Assembly: GCA_046753845.1 (NCBI GenBank)
Contig: JBHHUP010000003.1
Span: 6,236-70,235, forward strand
Length of the DNA: 64,000 bases
Origin: Thermodesulfobacteriota bacterium
Lineage (GTDB): Bacteria; Desulfobacterota; GWC2-55-46; JADFVP01
Reading direction: 5' to 3'
Shown: positions 10,184 to 19,589 of the stretch, piece by piece
Position numbering within the stretch: position 1 is the first letter of the stretch
Layout of the letters: the number at the start of each line of letters is the position of its first letter
Notes under the pieces: model-generated
Told to the model about the DNA's origin: nothing
The model's database searches: none
The model's input: the letters and a program-made list of their open reading frames with translations, nothing else
Program-made: the position numbers and the translations under genes

Positions 10184-11236
10184 CTAAGCTGGCATGAGGT
10201 ATTTCAATACCTCTTGTTTAGTAGCCGCCAAGAGGTCTTCGGGAATTCTCTGGCCGGTACCGAGATAACTAATGGGTTTTCCCGCAAGTCTTGATACTCC
10301 GAGCATCTGTCCGAATGAGCCTGACTCGTCAAGTTTTGTAAAAGTAATCGTATCTACTGGCAGCGCGGAGAGCCCCTTAACGCTCTTGATAAGGCTCTCG
10401 TCCCTGTCTCTAATACTGAGCACAAGGTTGAACTTCAGCTCCGGTGTAATGGCCGTCATCTCCTGCAGCTCTCTTAAGTAATCGCTCTTTCTCACGTCTT
10501 TGCCCGGCGTATCAATAAGTATGAGCTCTTTATCGCCGTGTATCTTTAAAAATGCCGCCAGCTCAGCTGTTGTGGCCGCCACACCTACGGGCACACCCAT
10601 TATGCGCGCGTAGGTCTTGAGCTGTTCGGGGGCTCCGATTCTAAGGGTGTCCATTGTGAGAAGGGCAACTTTTTTTTTGTTCTTAAGTACCGAGATAGCC
10701 GCGAGCTTGGCTATGGTCGTAGTTTTTCCAGCGCCTGTCGGGCCTATAAAAGAGAGCACCCTTGCATCCTTTAGCGGGTCTTTTACCCTTATCTTCTCTC
10801 TAATCTCCCCTCTTACCGCCTCTCGCAGCATAGCCATCTCCTCTGCCGGGGCTTTGCTCCCTTTTTTTATCATCTTATTTTTACTGGCCCCGGCGAGAAG
10901 CCCCGCCGTTAAGGAGCTTCCAAGACCATTAGCGAGCATCTGCTTCTTTAGTATGGTTACAGCCTCACCATCACCGCCGCTCTTTAGAGAGATGGAGAGA
11001 AGAAGCTCCTTTATCTCCCTCATCTCATCCTCAATACGCCCGACTACAGCGGCGGATGGGTTAGAGAGGCCCTTTGATGAGGAGGCCGCATCTTCATTGT
11101 CTATAACGGCCACCACCTCGGTGAGTCCGCCCGTTAGCCGCCTTGTCTCTACAATAAGGGCCTCGGGACCAAGTTCGCGCCGTACCATAAGAAGGGCCTC
11201 CTTTGATGAAGCGGCCCTGAACCTTCTCATCTGCAT
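10184..11236 (-). CDS. flhF: flagellar biosynthesis GTPase FlhF (SRP-type)
   Basis: G1 'GPTGAGKTTTIAKLAA' and G3 'DTPG'. SRP54-like. Confidence 0.85.
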   Translation of the reverse strand: MQMRRFRAASSKEALLMVRRELGPEALIVETRRLTGGLTEVVAVIDNEDAASSSKGLSNPSAAVVGRIEDEMREIKELLLSISLKSGGDGEAVTILKKQMLANGLGSSLTAGLLAGASKNKMIKKGSKAPAEEMAMLREAVRGEIREKIRVKDPLKDARVLSFIGPTGAGKTTTIAKLAAISVLKNKKKVALLTMDTLRIGAPEQLKTYARIMGVPVGVAATTAELAAFLKIHGDKELILIDTPGKDVRKSDYLRELQEMTAITPELKFNLVLSIRDRDESLIKSVKGLSALPVDTITFTKLDESGSFGQMLGVSRLAGKPISYLGTGQRIPEDLLAATKQEVLKYLMPA

Positions 11237-11237
11237 A

Positions 11238-13328
11238 CTAAAGCCTCACTACTTTTAAGGTCTGGACTTTTGCCTCTTTTGCCAGCTCAACGTGGGAAAG
11301 CACGGGTATGGAGGGAAAAGACCTCTCCGTCAATTGGCGCAGAAATCTCCTGATATTCTTTGATGTAAGTAAGACCGGGCGGTATCCCATGCCCATGACT
11401 TCCTTAAGAGACTCCTCAATATTGGCCATAATGCCTCGCGCAATCCCCGGCTCAATAGTAAGGTACAGGCCCTGAGGCGTCTCACGGAGTGATTTTTCCA
11501 TAACATCCTCTACCTCATGGCCAAGGACCACGGCGCGAATCGTACCGTCGTCTTCCTGCATACTCCGTGATATCTGCCTCGCAAGCTTCATCCTCACGTA
11601 CTCGGTGAGGATATCCGTATCCTTTGTGGCAACGGCATAATCAGCGAGGGTCTCAAGTATTGTCTGCAGGTCTCTAATGGATACCTGCTCGGTAAGGAGA
11701 TTCTGCAGCACCTTATGCACTCCGCCAAGAGACAAGAGCCCGGGCACGAGCTCTTCAACGACCTTGGGGCTTGTCTCGGCAAACCTGTCAAGAAGGACCT
11801 GCACGTCCTGGCGGCCAAGAATCTCACCTGTATGGCTCCTTATAAGCTCCGTAAGATGGGTGGCGATAATGGCCGCGTGGGGCACAACGGTGTAACCCAT
11901 GACCTGGGCCTTCTCGGAGCTGTCGTCAGGAACCCAGACAGCGGGAAGCCCGAAAGTCGGGTCCTTGGCCGGGGCTCCCTCAAGGCCGGGCCTCGCGTTC
12001 CCCGGGTCTATGGCGAGAGAGTTGCCGGGCATAAGCTCCGCCCTTGCCACCTCAATACCTTTTATAAGGAATACGTACTCAGAGGGGCGTACATCAAGGT
12101 TGTCTTTTATATGCACAGGCGGCACGATAAGGCCGAGGTCCTCTGCTACGTGGGTTCGTATTGACCTTATGCGCTCAAGGAGCTCGCCGCCGCCTGCGGA
12201 ATCAACAAGGGGGATAAGACGGTAACCGACCTCCAGAGAGAGCGTATCAAGGCGGGGTACGAACTCAAGTGGCTCGGCAGAGGAGGTTTTCTCCCCCTCC
12301 TCCTCATCTTCCTCAACTTCCTCGGCCGGCGCCGCGTCTTCGATACCGCCGAACCTGTGTATGACAAAGGCAAGGCCTCCGGCAAGGACCGATAGAGTAA
12401 AGAAGGCCAGGTGCGGCAGCCCCGGTATAAGGGCAAAGAGAAAGAGTATGGCCGAGGCTATCATGGCGGGCCTCATATCAGAGGTAAACTGCCTGCCAAT
12501 GGATTTACCGAGGTCTCCGCTTGAGGATACGTGGGAGACGATAATACCCGCGGCCGTTGAGATGATAAGCGCGGGTATCTGAGCCACAAGGCCGTCACCT
12601 ACGGTAAGTATGGTATATGTGCGCGCCGCCTCGGCAGCGGGCATGCCGTGCTGGAATACGCCTATTACAAGGCCTCCCAAGATATTTATTACGGTAATCA
12701 TGATGCCGGCGACGGCGTCTCCGCGGACAAATTTACTGGCACCGTCCATGGAGCCGTAAAAATCAGCCTCAAGGGCGATATCCCTTCTACGATGCCGGGC
12801 CTCATCGTTATCTATGAGACCGGCGTTAAGGTCGGCGTCAATGGCCATCTGTTTTCCGGGCATGGCGTCAAGTGTAAAACGTGCCGATACCTCGGCAATA
12901 CGCCCGGCGCCCTTTGTAATAACAACAAAGTTAATAATCACGAGTATGACAAAAACTATAAAACCAACGGCGTAGTTGCCGCCTACGACAAACTGGCCGA
13001 AGCTTCTGATAACATTACCTGCGGCCCCGGGCCCGTCGCTGCCGTTAAGGAGTATGAGCCTTGTTGAGGCGATGTTCATGGACAACCTTGAGAGCGTTGT
13101 CATAAGAAGAACAACAGGGAAGGTGGAAAAATCCAGGGGCCTTCTGACGTATATGCCTACAAGGAGTATTACAAGGGCCGCCGTGATGTTAAAGGATAGG
13201 AGTATGTCAAGAAGAATGGGCGGCATGGGCAGTATCATCATGGCAAGGATACCGAGGACGCCAAGGGGCAGGAAGTAATCCACGCCTTTTCTAAACCTTG
13301 CCATATTTTCCGCTGATACTGCCATCAT
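11238..13328 (-). CDS. flhA: flagellar export apparatus protein FlhA
   Basis: 696 aa. Conserved TM domain including 'FVRGDAVAGIMI' and the FHIPEP region. Confidence 0.95.
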   Translation of the reverse strand: MMAVSAENMARFRKGVDYFLPLGVLGILAMMILPMPPILLDILLSFNITAALVILLVGIYVRRPLDFSTFPVVLLMTTLSRLSMNIASTRLILLNGSDGPGAAGNVIRSFGQFVVGGNYAVGFIVFVILVIINFVVITKGAGRIAEVSARFTLDAMPGKQMAIDADLNAGLIDNDEARHRRRDIALEADFYGSMDGASKFVRGDAVAGIMITVINILGGLVIGVFQHGMPAAEAARTYTILTVGDGLVAQIPALIISTAAGIIVSHVSSSGDLGKSIGRQFTSDMRPAMIASAILFLFALIPGLPHLAFFTLSVLAGGLAFVIHRFGGIEDAAPAEEVEEDEEEGEKTSSAEPLEFVPRLDTLSLEVGYRLIPLVDSAGGGELLERIRSIRTHVAEDLGLIVPPVHIKDNLDVRPSEYVFLIKGIEVARAELMPGNSLAIDPGNARPGLEGAPAKDPTFGLPAVWVPDDSSEKAQVMGYTVVPHAAIIATHLTELIRSHTGEILGRQDVQVLLDRFAETSPKVVEELVPGLLSLGGVHKVLQNLLTEQVSIRDLQTILETLADYAVATKDTDILTEYVRMKLARQISRSMQEDDGTIRAVVLGHEVEDVMEKSLRETPQGLYLTIEPGIARGIMANIEESLKEVMGMGYRPVLLTSKNIRRFLRQLTERSFPSIPVLSHVELAKEAKVQTLKVVRL

Positions 13329-13558
13329 CTACCCTTATAATTACTTTATTAACGCAGGCGCCGCTTTTTCCGCCCACGCTACTCTCTAAAGCGCCACTGC
13401 TATCCTCTAAACGGCTACAGACACATCAAAAACCCTCTGTGCTCATATCTAAGACTCATACAACCACCACGAAAATTCCATAGGGCCCTCACCTTAAATC
13501 TACCGCTTCCCTTCTGCCCCGCTCACGTCTCTTTTCCTTTTTCACCCCGCGCCACGTC

Positions 13559-14626
13559 TCAGGCGCTCCTGTTCTTCAGCTTGTAGACGTATGCCAGCAC
13601 ACCGGCAACTGCGCGGTAAAGCTCGACAGGTATCTCCCGGCCTATCTCCACATCGTTGTAGATGCTGCGCGCAAGGGGTTTATCCTCTACAACAGGGATG
13701 TTGTGCAGAGCGGCCAGCTCCCTTATCCTCTTTGCGATAAGCCCCGCGCCCTTTGCAACCACATATGGTGCCGCGGCCTTATCAGTATCGTACTTAAGCG
13801 CTACGGCCAGGTGCGTGGGGTTTGTGATGATTACATCGGCGGTGGGTATGGCCTCCATCATACGGCGCCTTGCCATCTCACGCTGAAGGCTCCTTATGCG
13901 CGACTTTACAAGGGGGTCGCCCTCTGTGGATTTTGTCTCCTCCTTCACCTCTTCCTTTGTCATCTTAAGGCCCTTCTCGTACTTCCACTTCTGATAGATG
14001 TAATCAAGTACGGCTACTATGGCAAAGACCCAGAGCGTCCTTGAGAAGACCTTCAGGGCTATGGAGGCCGAGTGAGAGGCCATGGCGGCTATGCCGGCGT
14101 CGTGAAAAGAAGCTATCTCACCCCAGCTCCCCTTTAATGCCGAGACGGCAACCCATGTGAGGACGCTTATCTTCAAGATGGATTGAAATAGGTCTGAGAC
14201 GGAATCCGCGGAGAATATCTTCTTAATCCCCTTCATGGGGCTGATCTTGGTAATATCGAGCGTAAGGGGTTTGGTCGTAAAGACGGGGCCGTGAAGCATG
14301 AGGTTCCCGGCTATTATGAATACAGGCAGTATCAGAACGGGCAGCAGGGACTTTGAATAAACATAAAGACTGTCCTTAAAGATATGCATTAACTCCTCGG
14401 TATTAATAGATTTTATAGCCATCTCAGGTGACGACATCGACTTCATCATAAATGTAGACAATACCTTTATGGTAAAAAAGCCAAAGAGGCTCAGCATTAC
14501 AAAACCGCCGAGGATTACCGTGAATGTAGCTACTTCCTTGCTGTTAAGGACGTTACCGTCACGCCTTGCCTCCTCGCGCTTTCGCGAGGTAGGTTGTTCA
14601 GTGCGTTCCTGACCGTCGTCAGCCAT
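13559..14626 (-). CDS. flhB: flagellar export apparatus protein FlhB
   Basis: 355 aa. 'NPTHLAVALKYD' autocleavage motif. Confidence 0.9.
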   Translation of the reverse strand: MADDGQERTEQPTSRKREEARRDGNVLNSKEVATFTVILGGFVMLSLFGFFTIKVLSTFMMKSMSSPEMAIKSINTEELMHIFKDSLYVYSKSLLPVLILPVFIIAGNLMLHGPVFTTKPLTLDITKISPMKGIKKIFSADSVSDLFQSILKISVLTWVAVSALKGSWGEIASFHDAGIAAMASHSASIALKVFSRTLWVFAIVAVLDYIYQKWKYEKGLKMTKEEVKEETKSTEGDPLVKSRIRSLQREMARRRMMEAIPTADVIITNPTHLAVALKYDTDKAAAPYVVAKGAGLIAKRIRELAALHNIPVVEDKPLARSIYNDVEIGREIPVELYRAVAGVLAYVYKLKNRSA

Positions 14627-14627
14627 A

Positions 14628-15398
14628 TCACATCACCCTTAAAAGTCCATAAACCCCCTGCCACATACCGGCAAAGGCCTTATCCATGGCCCCCTGCATA
14701 GAGGGCAGCGTCAGAAGCAGTACTACAAAACCGGCGGCTATAATAATGGCAAAACCCACGACAAACATATTAAGCTGCGGCACGGCCTTTGAGAGTATGC
14801 CCAGGGTAAGGTTAAGAAAAAAGACTACGGCCATAACCGGGGCGGCAAGCCTTATGCCTATGGTGAATATCTCCCTTGATAGAGTAAGCACCCCCTCGCC
14901 GAGCCCCTCGGAGAGGTGAAAACCATAGGGCGGGATAATATCGAAGGACTTTTTGATGGTCATTATGATAAGGAGATGGCCGTTGGCGGAGAGAAAGACA
15001 AGCATAGCCATAAGGCCCGTAAGGCGGCCAAGGATGGATATCTGCGCGGCGCTTGCGGGGTCGTATACATTGGCCATGGCAAGGCCCATCTGATAACCCA
15101 TGATATGGCCCGCGAACTCCACGCCCGTAAATATAAAGTTAGTGGTCAGGCCTATGGTAAAACCGATGAGTATCTCACGGCCCAGCCCCAGGGCAAGCTC
15201 GAGCACCCCCGCTGGCATGGGCACGGCGCCCACAAAGGGCACAAGGGTAATGGCAATGATGCCCACAAGGGCCATCTTTACCCGCATGGGGATAAAGACA
15301 AACCTGTAGAAAGGAAACAAGAGGAGGATGGAGCTTGTTCGCGCAAGTACAAATATAAATGCCGGGGCGTTTTTAAGGAGCATATCCACAAAATCCAT
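14628..15398 (-). CDS. fliR: flagellar export protein FliR
   Basis: 256 aa polytopic membrane protein in the conserved fliPQR-flhB position. Confidence 0.8.
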   Translation of the reverse strand: MDFVDMLLKNAPAFIFVLARTSSILLLFPFYRFVFIPMRVKMALVGIIAITLVPFVGAVPMPAGVLELALGLGREILIGFTIGLTTNFIFTGVEFAGHIMGYQMGLAMANVYDPASAAQISILGRLTGLMAMLVFLSANGHLLIIMTIKKSFDIIPPYGFHLSEGLGEGVLTLSREIFTIGIRLAAPVMAVVFFLNLTLGILSKAVPQLNMFVVGFAIIIAAGFVVLLLTLPSMQGAMDKAFAGMWQGVYGLLRVM

Positions 15399-15402
15399 GA
15401 GC

Positions 15403-15675
15403 CTACCTTATATAGGTGGGAATATTTGAGAAGATACCGCCCGTAAAGTCCAGCATTATCCTCATCATCCAGGGCATGAAAAAAAGGAGCGCTATAAATA
15501 CGGCTATTATCTTGGGGACAAAGGTCAGGGTCATCTCCTGAATCTGCGTAAGCGCCTGAAAGATGCTTATCAAGAGCCCCACGGCCATGCCCGCTATAAA
15601 GACAGGGGCCGATAGAAGTATGACCGTCTTAATGGCCTCCATGCCGAGAGTGGATACAAACTCGCTTGTTATCAC
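15403..15675 (-). CDS. fliQ: flagellar export protein FliQ
   Basis: About 90 aa, 'LLISIFQALTQIQEMTLTFVPKIIAVF'. Probable GTG start at 15675, preceded by AAGGAGG 5 nt upstream. The ORF is called to 15735 from an upstream TTG. Confidence 0.8.
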   Translation of the reverse strand: MITSEFVSTLGMEAIKTVILLSAPVFIAGMAVGLLISIFQALTQIQEMTLTFVPKIIAVFIALLFFMPWMMRIMLDFTGGIFSNIPTYIR

Positions 15676-15703
15676 AGCGGCCTCCTTGGGTAAGAGAGGT
15701 GAA

Positions 15704-16495
15704 TCATACAAAACTCCGGACAAGTGAGCCCACAAGGAGGTACCACCCGTCTACAAGAACAAAGAGTATGAGCTTGAATGGCAGGGAGATCATCACAGGG
15801 GGAAGCATCATCATGCCCATGCTCATAAGTACGCTGGCCACCACCATGTCGATTACAAGAAATGGCAGATATATGAGAAAGCCTATCTGAAAGGCCGTCT
15901 TCAGCTCGCTTGTTATAAAGGCCGGTATTACGGTGAACAGGGGTAGATCTTCTTTTTTAACCTCCGGCGAGGTCTTTGCAAGCCTCATAAAGAGCTCAAG
16001 GTCTTTTCCCCTGATATTTCTCAGCATAAATGCCCGCAGAGGCGGTACGGCATTTGTAAGGGCGCCGGACTGGGATATCTCACCATCGTTATAAGGGAGT
16101 ATGGCCGTCTTGTTTATCTCCATAAATGTGGGCCTCATTACAAAAAACGTCAAAAAAAGGGCCATGCCTATAATGACCTGATTGGGCGGAACCTGCTGCA
16201 CCCCGAGGGCCTGGCGAAGGAGCGAGAGGACGATTACAAGCCTCGTAAAAGAGGTCATGGTGACCAGCACGGCAGGGGCCAGGGTGAGGGCCGTAAGGAG
16301 TATGATTATCCTTACAGCGGCGCTAATGCCGCCGGGGCCGGACTCGCCGTTTATGCTCAGACCTATGGAAGGCATCTGAAGTGAATCCGCTGCTGCTCCA
16401 GAGGGAAGAATAAGAAACAGAACAACGAGCCCGGCAAAAATAAGTACCGTGACCATGCATATAGACCTCTTATTGGCCGTGAAATATCCCTTCAT
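15704..16495 (-). CDS. fliP: flagellar export protein FliP
   Basis: 263 aa, signal peptide plus the conserved FliP core. ATGA overlap with fliO. Confidence 0.9.
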   Translation of the reverse strand: MKGYFTANKRSICMVTVLIFAGLVVLFLILPSGAAADSLQMPSIGLSINGESGPGGISAAVRIIILLTALTLAPAVLVTMTSFTRLVIVLSLLRQALGVQQVPPNQVIIGMALFLTFFVMRPTFMEINKTAILPYNDGEISQSGALTNAVPPLRAFMLRNIRGKDLELFMRLAKTSPEVKKEDLPLFTVIPAFITSELKTAFQIGFLIYLPFLVIDMVVASVLMSMGMMMLPPVMISLPFKLILFVLVDGWYLLVGSLVRSFV

Positions 16496-16884
16496 GTCCC
16501 GTCCTCAGCATCACTGCGGGAGGCCCTGGCACGGAAATTCTCCATAAGGCCGCCTCGAAGCAGTTTTTCAAGCCCAAGACGGCCGCGGCGCGGCGCGGAC
16601 TTTAAATCCTTAATAACCTCGGGGTCATCAAGGCGAAGCAGAAGATTTACGGCCCCCGTGGATATGCCCAGCACAAGCACCTCTCCGGCGACATCCACGA
16701 TGACGATGCTGCTTTTCTGTCCCATAAAGGCCCTTGAGATAACGCTTATGGGCAAAGGACCCGCTCCGGCGCCCCTTGGGCCCGTAAACCTTCTAAAGGC
16801 GTACATGGCACCTACCATAAGGGCTATGACAAGACCAAGGGCCAGTACAGAGCGCAAAAGCATATATGAGTAATCTCCTGTCAT
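16492..16884 (-). CDS. fliO: flagellar protein FliO/FliZ
   Basis: 130 aa, single TM, in the conserved position upstream of fliP. Confidence 0.6.
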   Translation of the reverse strand: MTGDYSYMLLRSVLALGLVIALMVGAMYAFRRFTGPRGAGAGPLPISVISRAFMGQKSSIVIVDVAGEVLVLGISTGAVNLLLRLDDPEVIKDLKSAPRRGRLGLEKLLRGGLMENFRARASRSDAEDGT

Positions 16885-17058
16885 AGCTCTCTGCCTGCCC
16901 CTTTTAGAGAACTTACAAATTCTCTAACCTTTATAAACGACATCATATAAATCAGCGCTTCGCACCTTCTCATAAGACTGCACCTGCCTCTTCCACAGAA
17001 CTACGAATCCCACTAAACCCCGGCCTGACTTCTCGTCAACCGGCCCCATCGTCCAAAC

Positions 17059-17706
17059 TCATGCCAGCCTCTTCACACGCTCCGAGGGGCTTATGATGTC
17101 CGTAAGCCTTACGCCGAACTTCTCGTTAACCATGACCACCTCGCCTCTTGCCACAAGGCGTCCGTTTACGAGTATCTCCATGGCCTCTCCAGCCATCTTC
17201 TCAAGCTCCACTACCGAGCCCTGACCGAGCTGAAGGATATCCTTTATCATCATCTCCGCACGGCCAAGCTCCACGGAGATGGTTACGGGGATATCGAGAA
17301 TCATATCCATATTGGCAAGGGTTCCCGTGCCGCTTCCCGTAAGCTCCGTAAAATCAGCGGGCTGAGCCGCGTCGCTAAGGGCGCTTTCCTCACCGCTGCT
17401 CTCAGGCACTACCTCAGGCGCGGCGCTCTCTTCTGTATCGCCGGCCTCTTTAAGGGCCTCGGCCCATATGTCGTCAGTAACGGCCTCTTCATCGGCTGAG
17501 GAAGCATCATCCGAGACCCCGCCCACAACGGGCTCCTCGCCCGCGCTCTCACCGGAGGCATCGGCCCCTGCGCCCTCATCAGCGGACTCATTGTTATCGG
17601 CTTCGGCAGCGCCCTCTACGGGAGCCCCTTCAGCGGACGCGGTTGCTGCTTCTTCCGTCTTCTGCTGATCTTCTTCCGCGGCGCTCTTATCATCGGCATC
17701 TGCCAT
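17059..17706 (-). CDS. fliN: flagellar motor switch protein FliN with a long acidic N-terminal extension
   Basis: C-terminal SpoA domain 'ILDIPVTISVELGRAEMMIKDILQLGQGSVVELEKMAGEAMEILVNGRLVARGEVV'. The N-terminal roughly 130 aa are an Asp/Glu/Ala/Ser-rich low-complexity region. Confidence 0.8.
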   Translation of the reverse strand: MADADDKSAAEEDQQKTEEAATASAEGAPVEGAAEADNNESADEGAGADASGESAGEEPVVGGVSDDASSADEEAVTDDIWAEALKEAGDTEESAAPEVVPESSGEESALSDAAQPADFTELTGSGTGTLANMDMILDIPVTISVELGRAEMMIKDILQLGQGSVVELEKMAGEAMEILVNGRLVARGEVVMVNEKFGVRLTDIISPSERVKRLA

Positions 17707-17709
17707 CTC

Positions 17710-18705
17710 TTAACCCCCTTTTTCTATAACGGATTGAATCTCCAGGGCGTAATTACTGCACGATACCCCGGGCCTGCCCCTGAACTTGGCATCACCCTCA
17801 ACCTTAAAATCAAAGGGCTCATATATCTTTTTATCAAGCAGTATTACATCGCCTGTCTTTAGTTTCAGCAGCTCCGAGAGCTTTATCTTTGTGCCCCCGA
17901 CCTCGCTCTCCACATGCAGGGGCACATGATCAATGTGATCTCTAAGCCTCGCTATCCATCCCTCGTCAGCGCCTATTGAGGATTGGCCGCCCCTGCCGTA
18001 AAGCCTCTCTTTAATGGACTCAACGCTGAGATATGGCATGCAGAAGTAAAAGAGGTTCTTATCAGTATTGTTAGAGGACTCTATCTCCATGTGAAAGGCA
18101 GAGACCATCATTACCTCCACGGCCTCTATGACGTTGACAAAGTGCGGGTTCATCTCGCTTTTTTCAAAGGCAAACTCAACACTGCAGATACTCTTCCATG
18201 CCTCTGAGAGGGTTTTTAATATAACGTCTACTACTTTTTTTATTACGGACTGCTCGACAGTGGTGAAGTCCCTGCCCTCGATACGCGTATAAAACCTGCC
18301 CGAGCCGCCAAAATAATTATCTATAATGAGATACGCGAGGCTCGGGTCCATGACAAGGATGCCGTGGCCTCGAAAGGGGGGCATGGTAAAGATATTAATG
18401 CTTGACGGAAGCGTAAGGTTACGGACAAACTCCTCGTACTTCACGCTATCAATACCCTGCGCCTCTATGTCTACACTGCTTCTGATGATACTCTGAAGCG
18501 GTGTGCGCACCTTGTTGCAGAACTTCTCATTGACCATCTCAAGGGCGGGCATTCTGCCGCGAACGGTCTTTTCCTGAGAGGTAAAATCATAAGGCACTAC
18601 CCCCTCGGGGGCGGCTTCAGGGCCCTTCTCAGACTCTATCTGCCCGTCCGATAAGCCCTGCAAGAGGGCGTCTACCTCGTTCTGGTCAAGAATTTGCTCC
18701 TGCAT
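17710..18705 (-). CDS. fliM: flagellar motor switch protein FliM
   Basis: 331 aa. N-terminal CheY-P-binding-like 'LDQNEVDALL', CheC-like middle domain, C-terminal SpoA-like region. Confidence 0.85.
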   Translation of the reverse strand: MQEQILDQNEVDALLQGLSDGQIESEKGPEAAPEGVVPYDFTSQEKTVRGRMPALEMVNEKFCNKVRTPLQSIIRSSVDIEAQGIDSVKYEEFVRNLTLPSSINIFTMPPFRGHGILVMDPSLAYLIIDNYFGGSGRFYTRIEGRDFTTVEQSVIKKVVDVILKTLSEAWKSICSVEFAFEKSEMNPHFVNVIEAVEVMMVSAFHMEIESSNNTDKNLFYFCMPYLSVESIKERLYGRGGQSSIGADEGWIARLRDHIDHVPLHVESEVGGTKIKLSELLKLKTGDVILLDKKIYEPFDFKVEGDAKFRGRPGVSCSNYALEIQSVIEKGG

Positions 18706-18716
18706 ATTCGTCCCTG

Positions 18717-19295
18717 TTACTGGATTACAAAATCAGTAAAATAAGCGCCCTTAACCGAGGTCTCCCGTAAAAGCCTGTTTATCCTCTTTACAATCTCGTC
18801 ACGGAGCCTGTACTTGCCCTCCACGGTGCCTATCTCAGAGTAGTTCTTGCTGCTAAGGAGTATAATAAGGGCGTCCCGCACCTTCGGCAGCTGACCCTTC
18901 AGCTCCGTCTCCACCTCTGAGTCGGCAAGCTCGAGCTTTACCGTAAGTTTCAGATAACGCGTACCGATATTGTCCTGTAGGTTTACGACAAAGGGCGCGA
19001 GGTTGAAAAAGGCCGGCCCCTCACCTGCGGCCTCCTCACCATGCCCGCCATGCTCCGACTTTTTGGCGTGCTTTTTTTTACCATGTTTTTTCTCGCCATG
19101 TTTTCCATGACCGCCGTCCTCGCTCGTCGCCTGCTCATCACCTGTATCCGGTGAGGCGAGAAAGGTCTTATAGGCAAAAAACCCGCCTCCGCCAAGCAGA
19201 ATTACGGCCAGCGGTATGATAATCAGAATAAGCTTGCTCTTCTTTTTTTTGGTCTCCTTGCCTTCTTCTTTACTCTCTTCTTTCTCATCGCTCAT
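18717..19295 (-). CDS. fliL: flagellar basal-body-associated protein FliL
   Basis: Single TM then a periplasmic domain 'FFNLAPFVVNLQDNIGTRYLKLTVKLE'. Carries a His/Lys/Gly-rich insert 'GGHGKHGEKKHGKKKHAKKSEHGGHGEE'. Confidence 0.7.
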   Translation of the reverse strand: MSDEKEESKEEGKETKKKKSKLILIIIPLAVILLGGGGFFAYKTFLASPDTGDEQATSEDGGHGKHGEKKHGKKKHAKKSEHGGHGEEAAGEGPAFFNLAPFVVNLQDNIGTRYLKLTVKLELADSEVETELKGQLPKVRDALIILLSSKNYSEIGTVEGKYRLRDEIVKRINRLLRETSVKGAYFTDFVIQ

Positions 19296-19337
19296 AATAC
19301 TCTCCTTAAGTCTAATTAGTTCTTACCGGTATTGAAT

Positions 19338-19354
19338 ATTGCAAGCTCCGTGCC
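19338..19354 (-). promoter_or_regulatory. sigma-54 promoter (TGGCACG-N4-TTGCA, perfect consensus) upstream of fliL
   Basis: Minus-strand reading: TGGCACGGAGCTTGCAA. It lies about 45 nt upstream of the fliL start codon. Confidence 0.65.
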
Positions 19355-19477
19355 ACTGCCGGAAAGACGTGGTGAAACCCCTCTGCACGGTAAAAACATA
19401 ACCTGATGCCAGCAGGCGCACCTCTGAGATGGCGCTCAGTCAAAGTCATGGGATAAGTGGCTGTCATTTTAATGATT

Positions 19478-19510
19478 AAAAAAAACGGGGTATGCACGCG
19501 GCATACCCCG
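19478..19510 (-). terminator. rho-independent terminator downstream of flgE
   Basis: Minus-strand hairpin GGGGTATGCCGCGTGCATACCCC followed by TTTTTTTT, located between the flgE stop and the fliL sigma54 promoter. Confidence 0.65.
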
Positions 19511-19589
19511 TAGGATAAGTATCTGTAAGAAAAGATCCAAACTCGAACTTATTGGAGTGACCTCTCTTACAGATGGAACAAAAGGCCTA

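Noticed and set aside
10617-11258. 213-aa plus-strand ORF antisense to flhF (and similar antisense ORFs such as 6789..7607, 3090..3506, 59626..60174, 11899..12225)
   Set aside because: Typical long antisense open frames of a high-GC genome. Each lies wholly within a well-supported minus-strand gene and has low-complexity composition.
19312-19497. 61-aa minus-strand ORF between flgE and fliL
   Set aside because: It spans the sigma54 promoter and the flgE terminator hairpin. Noncoding control region.
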